Assembly: GCA_041661245.1 (NCBI GenBank)
Contig: JBAZUY010000001.1
Span: forward strand, 64,491 to 128,490
Origin: an archaeon
GTDB lineage: Archaea > Iainarchaeota > Iainarchaeia > Iainarchaeales > JAAZKV01
Direction of reading: 5' to 3'
DNA length: 64,000 nt
Part shown: one piece after another, positions 47,809-56,841 of the stretch
Position numbering within the stretch: position 1 is the first letter of the stretch
Layout: every line of letters starts with the position of its first letter
Translations under genes and position numbers: made by a program
The notes under the pieces: generated by a model
Databases searched by the model: none
What the model saw: the letters and a program-made list of their open reading frames with translations, nothing else
What the model was told of the DNA's origin: nothing

Positions 47809-48294
47809 ATGATTGGTATGAATCATGAGAAAGAAAAAGTTATTCAAAAAATAAAGAATACTTACTGTCGAATAATGCCTTCAAAGCTTCACGGCGTTGG
47901 AGTATTTGCGATAAGAGACATCCCAAAAGATATAAATCCATTCGGGATAGAAACAAAACAAAAATGGGTCCGAGTTCACTTAAAAGACCTTGGCGAAATA
48001 CACCCAAACCTTAACGAGATGATAGAAGCATTTTATGTAATAAAAAAAGACGGAAGTGTATGGATAAACTCAGGCGGACTCGGATCAATTGGAATATCCT
48101 TTTACATGAACACTTCAAAAAACCCAAACATGAAAACAATTGATGAAGGATTTACTTTTATTACAAGCAAAGAAATAAAATGCGGGGAAGAGTTGCTCGC
48201 AGATTATGGAGAATTCGACTGGAAATACAAGCAATCCGAGAAAGATAAAACAAAAACTAAATTGATAAAGAAAAACAAAACTAAAGGCAAGTAA
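47809..48294 (+). CDS. SET-domain protein (divergent) with Lys-rich tail
   Basis: LHGVGVFAIRDIPKD, FYMNTSKNPN (NHSxxPN equivalent), and GEELLADYG. The tail is KDKTKTKLIKKNKTKGK. Confidence 0.65.
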   Translation: MIGMNHEKEKVIQKIKNTYCRIMPSKLHGVGVFAIRDIPKDINPFGIETKQKWVRVHLKDLGEIHPNLNEMIEAFYVIKKDGSVWINSGGLGSIGISFYMNTSKNPNMKTIDEGFTFITSKEIKCGEELLADYGEFDWKYKQSEKDKTKTKLIKKNKTKGK

Positions 48295-48327
48295 AAAAAT
48301 GGAAGAATTAACTGCGAAGATGATCTT

Positions 48328-48756
48328 ATGAAATATCCCTCAAAAGTAATTAAAATTTCTTACGGCAAAGCACTAGTTGCAACAAAAGATTTACCTGCAG
48401 GGACAGTTGTTCAAAAATTTGAAGGAGAAATAATGACTTACAAAGAAGTTCCCGAGGATATGGTTTGCCATGCGATTTGCGTTGGAGAAGAAAACGAGGA
48501 TAAATGGGTTGTTTCAAAAACAGATGCAATTTATGCCAATCATGCATGCGAACCAAACTGCGAAGTTGGGGATGATTTAAACATCATAACCATAAAAGAA
48601 GTAAAAAAAGACGAAGAACTAACATTTGTTTACAATGAACTTAGTCCTGAAGAACGAGAAGCAGAGTTCTTGTGGGATAAAAAATGGGACTTTGAATGCA
48701 AATGCGGCAGTAAAAACTGCCAAGGAAACATTAACAAATACGTAAAAAGAAAATAA
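48328..48756 (+). CDS. SET-domain lysine methyltransferase with post-SET Cys cluster
   Basis: GKALVATKDLPAGTVV, YANHACEPNC, EELTFVY, and CKCGSKNCQGNI. Confidence 0.85.
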   Translation: MKYPSKVIKISYGKALVATKDLPAGTVVQKFEGEIMTYKEVPEDMVCHAICVGEENEDKWVVSKTDAIYANHACEPNCEVGDDLNIITIKEVKKDEELTFVYNELSPEEREAEFLWDKKWDFECKCGSKNCQGNINKYVKRK

Positions 48757-48917
48757 CTTTGTTAGATATATCAAACGCTATTTCTTTCACAAAAATATAA
48801 GAAAAAGCGCTGAGGCCGAGCGCAGGTTAAAACAACCTGTAGCACAGCTTCGAGGGAAGAACGACGTTTTGCGAGGTTTAAACATGCCCTAAGAATAATA
48901 CTCTCTTTGTCATATAT

Positions 48918-49262
48918 TTAATTGCTTCCTTTAACAAAATTTACTCCATCAAGAATCATTTTTGTTTTTCCAGTATCATCATAAGGCGACTTGTCTATTC
49001 TAAACTTTTTACCGATACCAACAAATTCAATGGACAAATTTCCATCAGCAATGACTACTTGCCCCCCAGAAACTTTTAAGGATGCAATTCCAGAATAACC
49101 ATCGTAACTTCCCGAACCATCTTCATGTATTGTTAAATACTGCCCGTCAGAAGAAGCCCAAACACCAGCATACTCCTTCAAATCATCTGTTAAAGGTTTA
49201 TATTCAATACATCCAATCGATAAACTTAGCAATATAATTAATACAAGAACTGCTATTTTCAT
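48918..49262 (-). CDS. Small putative lipoprotein
   Basis: Signal peptide MKIAVLVLIILLSLSIGC with a lipobox-like Cys. Confidence 0.55.
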   Translation of the reverse strand: MKIAVLVLIILLSLSIGCIEYKPLTDDLKEYAGVWASSDGQYLTIHEDGSGSYDGYSGIASLKVSGGQVVIADGNLSIEFVGIGKKFRIDKSPYDDTGKTKMILDGVNFVKGSN

Positions 49263-49290
49263 TTAAACCACATTCCCCTAACTTATTCAT

Positions 49291-50322
49291 TTACTTTGAA
49301 CAAAAAGGCATCCCAAAACTTTTATTAACAATCTGCCCACACAAATTTGTGTCATTTAAATTATAAGCTATATTACCATAACACATATCCCTAGTATCAC
49401 TATGTTCATTAGTTATTTTTTGGCAAATACTTGGATCCAGTTTTGTTTGAGCATACATATCGTAACATTCAAAATCAGTAGCCACACTTTTACACGGCTC
49501 AGGGTATATACACCAAGTTTCATTACGCATTTTTTCGCACAAAACAGTATTTGATTGTTTTATGGCTAAAGAAATTATGCAGTTATAATTATGAACCATA
49601 AGATCTTCAATTTGCTCACACTCCAAAATATTATTATCAAAAACAGCCGAACATGCTTGTTGTGAATCTTTATCAGTATATAGCTGGCACATAGCTTGAT
49701 CCAGTTCGCTTTTACCAACCAAACTATTTCTCAAGAAACTGTCGAGGCAATTTTTATGCAATATTTTTTCTTCTATTTTTGAGCACAATTCGAAAGAAGA
49801 CGTTGATTTTGCAATATTATCAAAACATAAATCCATACTTATTTGTTCAATCGAAGAAATTCCAGAATCTAAATCCATTGCAGAACACAAACTAGAATCT
49901 TTTTTTGCCACAGCAACCTTAAACAAACAAGTATTTCGCATACTTGGAGAAAGAACCTTATCACAATTATTTTCCAGTTTAGATAAAGAGAGTTGATAAT
50001 AACAATAATCACTTGATTTTGGGTTTTCTGTTATTGAGCTGCATAACTCAAGATTATTTGAATCAACCGCCACTCTTGCAATACAATTAGTTGAGTCGTT
50101 ATAAACTTTAGAACACAAAGAAACATCTTTGTTCTTAACAGCCAAGTAAGAATAGCACTCATCCTTAGTGTGTTTTTCATCTAAACCAGCAAAATCGGGT
50201 AATTGCTCACATTGAGCCACATTTAACGGTGGCCAAATCTTTACGCTACAACCAAATAGAAACAAACTTGCAACAACACAAACAACTACAAATAAAAGAT
50301 ACTTCGACTTAACCATGCTCAA
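49291..50322 (-). CDS. Secreted or lipid-anchored Cys-pair repeat protein
   Basis: Signal LFGCSV, then about 10 repeats of C-x(12-16)-[LE]C-x2-[IVM]. Confidence 0.6.
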   Translation of the reverse strand: MSMVKSKYLLFVVVCVVASLFLFGCSVKIWPPLNVAQCEQLPDFAGLDEKHTKDECYSYLAVKNKDVSLCSKVYNDSTNCIARVAVDSNNLELCSSITENPKSSDYCYYQLSLSKLENNCDKVLSPSMRNTCLFKVAVAKKDSSLCSAMDLDSGISSIEQISMDLCFDNIAKSTSSFELCSKIEEKILHKNCLDSFLRNSLVGKSELDQAMCQLYTDKDSQQACSAVFDNNILECEQIEDLMVHNYNCIISLAIKQSNTVLCEKMRNETWCIYPEPCKSVATDFECYDMYAQTKLDPSICQKITNEHSDTRDMCYGNIAYNLNDTNLCGQIVNKSFGMPFCSK

Positions 50323-50402
50323 ATAAAAGTCTTTGTTATTTAAATAACTAACTAAGTGGTTTCAGAATAAATAATAAACCCATAAAGATATTCTTTTTAA
50401 TA

Positions 50403-50486
50403 CGCTGAGGACGAGATTTGAACTCGCGCTCCCTTTCGGGAAATGGATTAGCAATCCATCGCATTGGGCCGCTCTGCCACCTCAGC
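50403..50486 (-). tRNA. tRNA-Ser(GCT): tRNA-Ser (anticodon GCT), class II
   Basis: Hand-folded. Acceptor GCTGAGG/CCTCAGC; anticodon arm ATGGA-TTGCTAA-TCCAT; long variable arm CCCGAAAGGG; T arm GCGAG-TTCAAAT-CTCGT; discriminator G. Confidence 0.9.
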
Positions 50487-50605
50487 TGAATCTTTTTAAA
50501 ATACAAGTAACTGCTTTGCAGCAACTTAGAACTAAAGAATTTTCCAAGTAAAAGTATTAAAAAGCATGGCTGGAAGGTAAAATAACAAGTAAATATTTAA
50601 CTAAA

Positions 50606-53600
50606 TTATTGCCCCTCTATTGAAATAACTTTTGAAATTATTGGGCAAGTGAATGATTCAAACTCTCCGGGAGAAAGTTTCTTGTTGATATAGTAAGCTA
50701 TGTCTTGAGTAGGATCCATCGTGAACTCAATGTAATGTCCTTGAATAAGTCTAAATGGAATCATGGAATCTATTTCTGAAGAGGACAAATTCAAAGAATC
50801 AGGTAATTTTTCAATAATTTTCACTGATCGAGTTCCTTTTTTGAACGCTTTCATTACAACAACGTTCATTTTTGTTTTTGACTCAAGTACAAGAGTGGAA
50901 CGCACAAATGAAACATTTTGATTCAAAACTTTTGCTTCCTCTACCCCCATAGAACCCAAAACTGAAGAAAAAGTTTCAACAACTGCAGGAGTTGGTTTTT
51001 GTACTGCTTTGCTTGGAGAGGAAGAACTTTGAGGAGAAATTTGGGCAGGAGGAATAATGCTTTTTGCAACACCAACAGGAGGAACTGGGGGCAACACAGG
51101 TTTTGAAGGAACAGGATTTTGAGCAGGTTTTGCAAGCGAAGGATTTAATGGAGAAGGTTTCAGTTTCTTTGCAACCAAAACAAATGCCCCCACTAAAACA
51201 ACACAAAAAATTATTACAACCACTGAAATTATTAGAAGTAAATTACCCGTGTTTGCTGCAGTTTTCAAATCGGAAGGAGGAGAATTTTTGTCAACAAGAG
51301 GAATTGCTTTAGAAGTATTTGTGTCCTTAGGAACAACTGGTTTTTGATCAAAAAGTATTTTTGAAACAACAGGTGAATTAAAGTCACTGATTTTATTCAC
51401 ATCAATTTTTTGGTCAACAAAATAAGTAATACTATCTTTTGGAGAAATAGTGAACTCAATTACTGGATCTCTTTGCCTTACAACAAACTTCAACGGAGAA
51501 CTAATCAAATTAGCATCAATTGCAACACTCTTTGGAACAAACTCCACAACAGTAACTTCTTTTACATTTTTGTCAACAAATGAAAAATTAACCGTAACAA
51601 GAGTCCTTTCTTTTTTAACTCCATTAGAATCCCAAATTTCTAAATTAGAAAGTACTCTGGAGGAAGAAAATGAATTTGCAGTTTGGGAAACAACACTTAT
51701 TTCTACAGGAGTTAAAAGCTGCTGAATGAAAGTATTTTCCTTTACTCCAACAGGATATTGAATAATATTTTTAGCGGTCTCCTCAGTTACACTTCGCTTT
51801 GGTTCAATTAAACCCCCTCCCCCGCCTCCACCAGTATACCCTCCAACAGCAGTTGATGGAGAAGACACTCCGATTGAAAACTCCATATTATTATCTAACG
51901 CATAATCATTTTGGAAAGACCCAATAGAAACTGTAAAAGATTTCATTCCAGTAGAAGTAAGTTTTTGAGTATGCACGGAATAAATTGCACTTGAGTTCTG
52001 GGCTAAAACAACAGAAACCGAATCAAGCACCCCACCTAACGCAAGGCTCTCAAGAACAAGATTAGTACTTATTGCAGGCCCCAAATTTTCAACATTAACA
52101 TCAATCGGCTGGTTTGAATCAAGTAACGCAGGAGAATCAAAAAGTACCGCGGCAACTCTTACAGCATTACCATCAATAGTTATTGAAGAAAAATAATTAT
52201 TATCAAGCGAATTATAATCATTCGAAACAGGCTCTAAACTTGCAATTAACTCGTGAACACCGACTGTCGAAATACTTTTTGTAAAAGAAACATTTCTCAA
52301 ATTAACATCAGTACTAAACACCGCAATATTAGAGTCAACTACTGCCCCATCAACAAAAAGCAAAACATTCAAATCTTTATTAAGATCAACTCCAAAATTC
52401 CTTACATTAACATCCACCCGAAAAGGAGTATTTTTTAGAGCGTGATTTACATCGTACAGAGGCAAGAGACGAGAATAAGAAAAAGAAACTAGTTTAACAT
52501 TATTCCCATCAATAGCCACATACCTAAACGAAGAATTATTATCATTTACATTATAGTCAAAAGAATTCGGAAGCACTACAAAGTTGAAATCTGAATTATA
52601 ATCCAAAATAGTTCTTGAAAAACTAATTATTTTACTTTCCCCAGGAATAAAACTACTCAAGTTTGAGTCAATAATATTTTCATCCAAATACATCAGAGTA
52701 TTCAAATCAACTGTTTGAGTACCCGCATTCAAAACATTAACATCAAAAGTAACTAAATTCCCCAAATATGCAGAAGTGGATTCAATTGATGGCACAATAG
52801 AAACAAGTTTTGAATCAACTAGCTCAACTATAAAATTAAAATCAAACTGATTATCATTCTGTATTAATTCATTAACAAGAGGAAGAACGCCTACAGAAAG
52901 ATTCAATTCAGAATACACTCCAGCAGGCAAAACAAAGTCAAAGACTGCACGTCTAATGGAGTTTGAATCAATAAACAATACATTGGAATCAACAACAACT
53001 CCGTTAAGATATAATAAAACATTTACATCCTTGCTTGTGCCCAAAATATTTTGTATATTTGCATCAGCATAAATTACTTGATCTGTACTCTTCGAGTAAA
53101 CTTCCCCCAAAGCAGAACCATCTAATGTAATTAATCTCGCGCCAAGAACAGCAACATTATTTCCATCAACTGAAAGAGAAAAGGACAAATTATTATCTTC
53201 AGGCCAATAATCTATTAGAGGCGAAGATAAACTCAATAACAAATTTTTATCACCCGCTGAATCAAACACTGTGTTGAGCCGATATGTGCTATTTGAGAAC
53301 GCAGGCAGAGAGAAAGTATTTTGACCCCCCAACTTAACAGAACCATTAAACAAAGTTAAGTTAAAATCCTGAGTCAAATTTGTATCATTAGTTAAATTCA
53401 CATCAAAGAAAAAGTTTTCATCAACTAACGCAAGAGAACTTTTTTTGGAAACGGAATCAATTCTGGAGTTAAATGGTTTTCCTGAAAAGGATAACGCAAA
53501 GTTCTCATCAGTAAATCCATTCGCAAAAGGACTAACTTGGGAAGAAACTCTTACCGCATAAACTCCACTCAAAGGAGCCCTAACTTGTTCAACATTATCA

Positions 53601-55093
53601 ATTAATGAAACAGAGGAAGAAACAACTAAACCGTTTCTGTCAAGCAAATTCAAATCAAGATTTGTTAAAGAAGAACATACCGCACTAATATCACAAAACC
53701 TGTCCCACACCAAAGATACTTTTTCATTTGCGTCCAAATAGGAATAAAATATTAAAGAATTATTTTTGTCAATTGATTTGAAAAGAGTTTTATTACCATC
53801 AATAAATGCTTTATTTAAATCCAAATACCCCCAACCAGAGTACTTATCCCACCCTTGAGCATTAATATCCGTGGCACTATTAATCAAAAGCGCTTTTGAC
53901 TCAAGCCAATTTAAATTAAACCCATCAGTGACTAAAGCAACTGCCCCCGTAACATGCGGCGCAGCCATACTTGTGCCCCCCATTGTTGCAGAAGAGGAAT
54001 TACTAAGAAAATACGCGGAAGCAATTGGATTTCCAGGAGCAGCAATATCTGGTTTTTTTCTTCCATCAAAAGTTGGACCCCTGCTTGAAAAAGAAGAAAT
54101 AGAATCATCCGCTCTTGTAACACTACTATTTGTGTCCATGGACGCAACAGCAATTACATTATAAGTGTCTGAAGGAATTGCAAGAGAGTTTCCATCATCC
54201 AAACAAGCATAATCTGATCCTCCAGGGCCACTATTTCCTGCCGCAAAAACTAATACTTTTTTATAAAAAACAGCTAACGCATCAACGTACCTGGATTCTC
54301 CGGAGTTCCCATCCGATACTGCAAAACCCCCACAATTTTCATTAGGTGTACCCCAAGAACTATTTGCAACATCCGCAGGATAGTTTCGATCCAAGGCAAA
54401 ACAATTTTGAAGATTATCAAGCAAACAATCAACGTCGGGATTTTCAGTAAACCCTTTTCCGTTAATTAAGTGAGTTGTCCCATAGGATACTCCGTGAGAA
54501 ATTAATCCAAAAGCATTCCCCGTCGCAATTCCTGCAACATGAGTACCATGCCCATCAAAATCCGCAGACCCGTAAATATTACAATCAAGATTCTCAATTG
54601 TTTTTCCAGAAAATGCAAAATGCGTAGTTCGTATTCCAGTATCAATAATACAAACACTTGAAGTTGAACCTGTTAAGGAGTTATTATAAAAAGTTGAAGC
54701 ATTAGTTGAAGGAACAGAATATTCTAAGAAAGGAATTGCATGATTAATTGAAAACCCACTTACGGAATCACTCAAAATTAAGTTTACTGCATTACTTTTT
54801 GTTGTAGTAACACTATACAATTTACCGCCAAGAAGTTTATTTGCCCATCCTACGCCGCCCAAAAATTGTTCAACCGAACCAGACCCGCTTGATTCAACAA
54901 GAAAGGAAACTAATTCATCAGAAGAAGGAGAAGAAGCAATTGCTAGCGAGCTCATGGATTTATTTTGCACAGGAACTAAGGAATAATAACCCTTTTTTTC
55001 TTGAGGAGTCATGTTTTCAATTGAAACCGAAAAGGCAAATCCAGAGAAGAACAAAATAGAGAATATTATTAATCCAATAAGAGCAGTTCTCAT
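50606..55093 (-). CDS. Giant (1495 aa) subtilisin-like S8 serine protease with CARDB-like repeat array, TM helix and Pro-rich C-terminal region
   Basis: Signal peptide. Catalytic D (CIIDTGI), H (DGHGTHVAG) and S (GGTSMAAPHVTG). Repeated L[YF].[DN]G..VDSN modules. TM LLLIISVVVIIFCVVLVGAFVLVA. Confidence 0.9.
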   Translation of the reverse strand: MRTALIGLIIFSILFFSGFAFSVSIENMTPQEKKGYYSLVPVQNKSMSSLAIASSPSSDELVSFLVESSGSGSVEQFLGGVGWANKLLGGKLYSVTTTKSNAVNLILSDSVSGFSINHAIPFLEYSVPSTNASTFYNNSLTGSTSSVCIIDTGIRTTHFAFSGKTIENLDCNIYGSADFDGHGTHVAGIATGNAFGLISHGVSYGTTHLINGKGFTENPDVDCLLDNLQNCFALDRNYPADVANSSWGTPNENCGGFAVSDGNSGESRYVDALAVFYKKVLVFAAGNSGPGGSDYACLDDGNSLAIPSDTYNVIAVASMDTNSSVTRADDSISSFSSRGPTFDGRKKPDIAAPGNPIASAYFLSNSSSATMGGTSMAAPHVTGAVALVTDGFNLNWLESKALLINSATDINAQGWDKYSGWGYLDLNKAFIDGNKTLFKSIDKNNSLIFYSYLDANEKVSLVWDRFCDISAVCSSLTNLDLNLLDRNGLVVSSSVSLIDNVEQVRAPLSGVYAVRVSSQVSPFANGFTDENFALSFSGKPFNSRIDSVSKKSSLALVDENFFFDVNLTNDTNLTQDFNLTLFNGSVKLGGQNTFSLPAFSNSTYRLNTVFDSAGDKNLLLSLSSPLIDYWPEDNNLSFSLSVDGNNVAVLGARLITLDGSALGEVYSKSTDQVIYADANIQNILGTSKDVNVLLYLNGVVVDSNVLFIDSNSIRRAVFDFVLPAGVYSELNLSVGVLPLVNELIQNDNQFDFNFIVELVDSKLVSIVPSIESTSAYLGNLVTFDVNVLNAGTQTVDLNTLMYLDENIIDSNLSSFIPGESKIISFSRTILDYNSDFNFVVLPNSFDYNVNDNNSSFRYVAIDGNNVKLVSFSYSRLLPLYDVNHALKNTPFRVDVNVRNFGVDLNKDLNVLLFVDGAVVDSNIAVFSTDVNLRNVSFTKSISTVGVHELIASLEPVSNDYNSLDNNYFSSITIDGNAVRVAAVLFDSPALLDSNQPIDVNVENLGPAISTNLVLESLALGGVLDSVSVVLAQNSSAIYSVHTQKLTSTGMKSFTVSIGSFQNDYALDNNMEFSIGVSSPSTAVGGYTGGGGGGGLIEPKRSVTEETAKNIIQYPVGVKENTFIQQLLTPVEISVVSQTANSFSSSRVLSNLEIWDSNGVKKERTLVTVNFSFVDKNVKEVTVVEFVPKSVAIDANLISSPLKFVVRQRDPVIEFTISPKDSITYFVDQKIDVNKISDFNSPVVSKILFDQKPVVPKDTNTSKAIPLVDKNSPPSDLKTAANTGNLLLIISVVVIIFCVVLVGAFVLVAKKLKPSPLNPSLAKPAQNPVPSKPVLPPVPPVGVAKSIIPPAQISPQSSSSPSKAVQKPTPAVVETFSSVLGSMGVEEAKVLNQNVSFVRSTLVLESKTKMNVVVMKAFKKGTRSVKIIEKLPDSLNLSSSEIDSMIPFRLIQGHYIEFTMDPTQDIAYYINKKLSPGEFESFTCPIISKVISIEGQ

Positions 55094-55200
55094 GCTTATT
55101 ATTTGGTTAAAAGCCTTATTAAACTTTTTACCCCAACAAGCGAATCATTAAAAATCTAGTTTTTATACTAATTGTGTAGAAAATACAGTATTGATTGATT

Positions 55201-56841
55201 ATGTTTTGGGACAAAGTAAACAATTATTCAAAGCCATTACGGCTCTCAATACTTGAAGGAATGTTTGCTTCACTAATGTTTGGTGGAGGAATGATCTTTA
55301 TTGTTCCTTTTGCAGTATATTTAGGCGCAAATAGTTTTGAAATTGGATTAATTGCAGCACTCCCAGCACTTCTCGCTGCATGGTTTCAATTAGGCACTCT
55401 TGAATTTCTCAAAGTATTCAAAAATAGAAAAAACACAATTATTCCCGCGGTATTTCTTCAATCAATAAGTTGGTTACTAATCGCATTAATTCCATTCATC
55501 TTTCCAACAGACCAAATATTTTGGCTCATCGTAATAACCACCATCGGAACATTAGCTGGATCAATTGGCACTCCTTTGTGGCAAAGCTGGATGAGAAGTT
55601 TAACAGCAACTGAACTAATTGGAGAATATTTTGGAATAAGAAATGCTATCACTGGTGCGATTGTTTTTCTTACAATGCTAGGTTGCGGTTTATTGCTAAA
55701 ATTATTTGAACCAAGTCTGACTTTGTATGCATTTGTTGCAATATTTTTGATTTCATTTATTGGAAGACTTGCATCGTCCATTACTTTCACAAAAATGGAA
55801 GACCCTTGCTGCGAAATAGATGGCACTGAAAAAATATGGCTATTTGATTTCATTAAAGAACTAAGAACAAATAATTTTGGATACTTTGTACTTTTTGGAA
55901 CACTAATGACATTTGCAATATCTTTAGTCGGACCATTCTTTTCACTTTACTTACTGGATAACTTAGCACTGAAATTTGATTATTTTACATACACGATAAT
56001 CATTTGCTCTTCGGCAGTGGCTTCACTAATCTCTATGCCCTATTGGGGAAAAATTATTGACAAATATGGGACTATTAAAACCCTGAAAGCAACTGGACTC
56101 CTTGCAAGCATTTATCCATTAGCACTAATACTAATACATGACCCTTTAGGTTTAACTATTGCGGAATTTTTAAGTGGAATAATATTCAGCGGATTCAATC
56201 TTTGTTTAGCAAGTTTCATTTATGAATCATTCAAAGCAGAAAAAATCATAAAATACGCGAGTTACCAAGCAGCGCTATTTGGAACCGCAACATTTTTTGG
56301 AATAATGCTTAGCGGGTACGTACAAACATTTAACGTTTCTTTTCCAATACTTACAAACACATTTTACATTATCTGCCTTGTGGCAGTTGTGCTAAGACTA
56401 ACTATTTACTCCGCACTCGTTAACAAAATTAAAGATGTTCGTGAAACAAAGCCAATCCAAGAGGACCAGCTCGTTATTGGAGTACTAACATTTGAACCAG
56501 TAAGAGAAACACTATACACAAGTGCATCATTATTATTAGCTACTACTGAACGAGAATTTAATACTACAATTAGAACAATGGAAATCATCAAGGACAAAGG
56601 CGGAAAAGAATTGAAAGAAGGCGCAATTATTGTTGGCAGAATAGGAGTTAATGGGACAAGAAGGATTGTTAAAACTGCAAAACAAGCTGAAGAATTCGCA
56701 GTAGGCGAAATAGAACGAGTAGAAGATATTACACTCACAGGACTTGAAAAAGCTGAAGAAATTACTGTTAAAGGATTAAAGAAAGCAAAGAACCGAATCA
56801 TTAGAGAAAAAGAAAAAAGAAGAGCAAAAGGATTTATCTAA
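55201..56841 (+). CDS. MFS-type transporter with C-terminal soluble extension
   Basis: About 12 TM helices, followed by roughly 140 aa of charged soluble tail. ATG 55201 is preferred over TTG 55195. Confidence 0.75.
   Translation: MFWDKVNNYSKPLRLSILEGMFASLMFGGGMIFIVPFAVYLGANSFEIGLIAALPALLAAWFQLGTLEFLKVFKNRKNTIIPAVFLQSISWLLIALIPFIFPTDQIFWLIVITTIGTLAGSIGTPLWQSWMRSLTATELIGEYFGIRNAITGAIVFLTMLGCGLLLKLFEPSLTLYAFVAIFLISFIGRLASSITFTKMEDPCCEIDGTEKIWLFDFIKELRTNNFGYFVLFGTLMTFAISLVGPFFSLYLLDNLALKFDYFTYTIIICSSAVASLISMPYWGKIIDKYGTIKTLKATGLLASIYPLALILIHDPLGLTIAEFLSGIIFSGFNLCLASFIYESFKAEKIIKYASYQAALFGTATFFGIMLSGYVQTFNVSFPILTNTFYIICLVAVVLRLTIYSALVNKIKDVRETKPIQEDQLVIGVLTFEPVRETLYTSASLLLATTEREFNTTIRTMEIIKDKGGKELKEGAIIVGRIGVNGTRRIVKTAKQAEEFAVGEIERVEDITLTGLEKAEEITVKGLKKAKNRIIREKEKRRAKGFI

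Noticed and set aside
48808-50415. tRNA-Ser 3'-end duplication (12 of 13 nt) as att sites of an integrated element
   Set aside because: The match is short and imperfect. The enclosed 1.6 kb has only two secreted-protein genes and no integrase or other mobile-element genes. A rough estimate puts the chance expectation for such a match in 64 kb well below one but not negligible. I keep it only as a note under the GC-rich island finding.
51800-51850. Poly-Gly-encoding tract (GGGGGGG) in the S8 gene as a slippery or phase-variable homopolymer
   Set aside because: The DNA uses mixed Gly codons (minus strand of ccccctcccccgcctccacc) rather than a long mononucleotide run. There is no evidence of frameshifted alternative ORFs.
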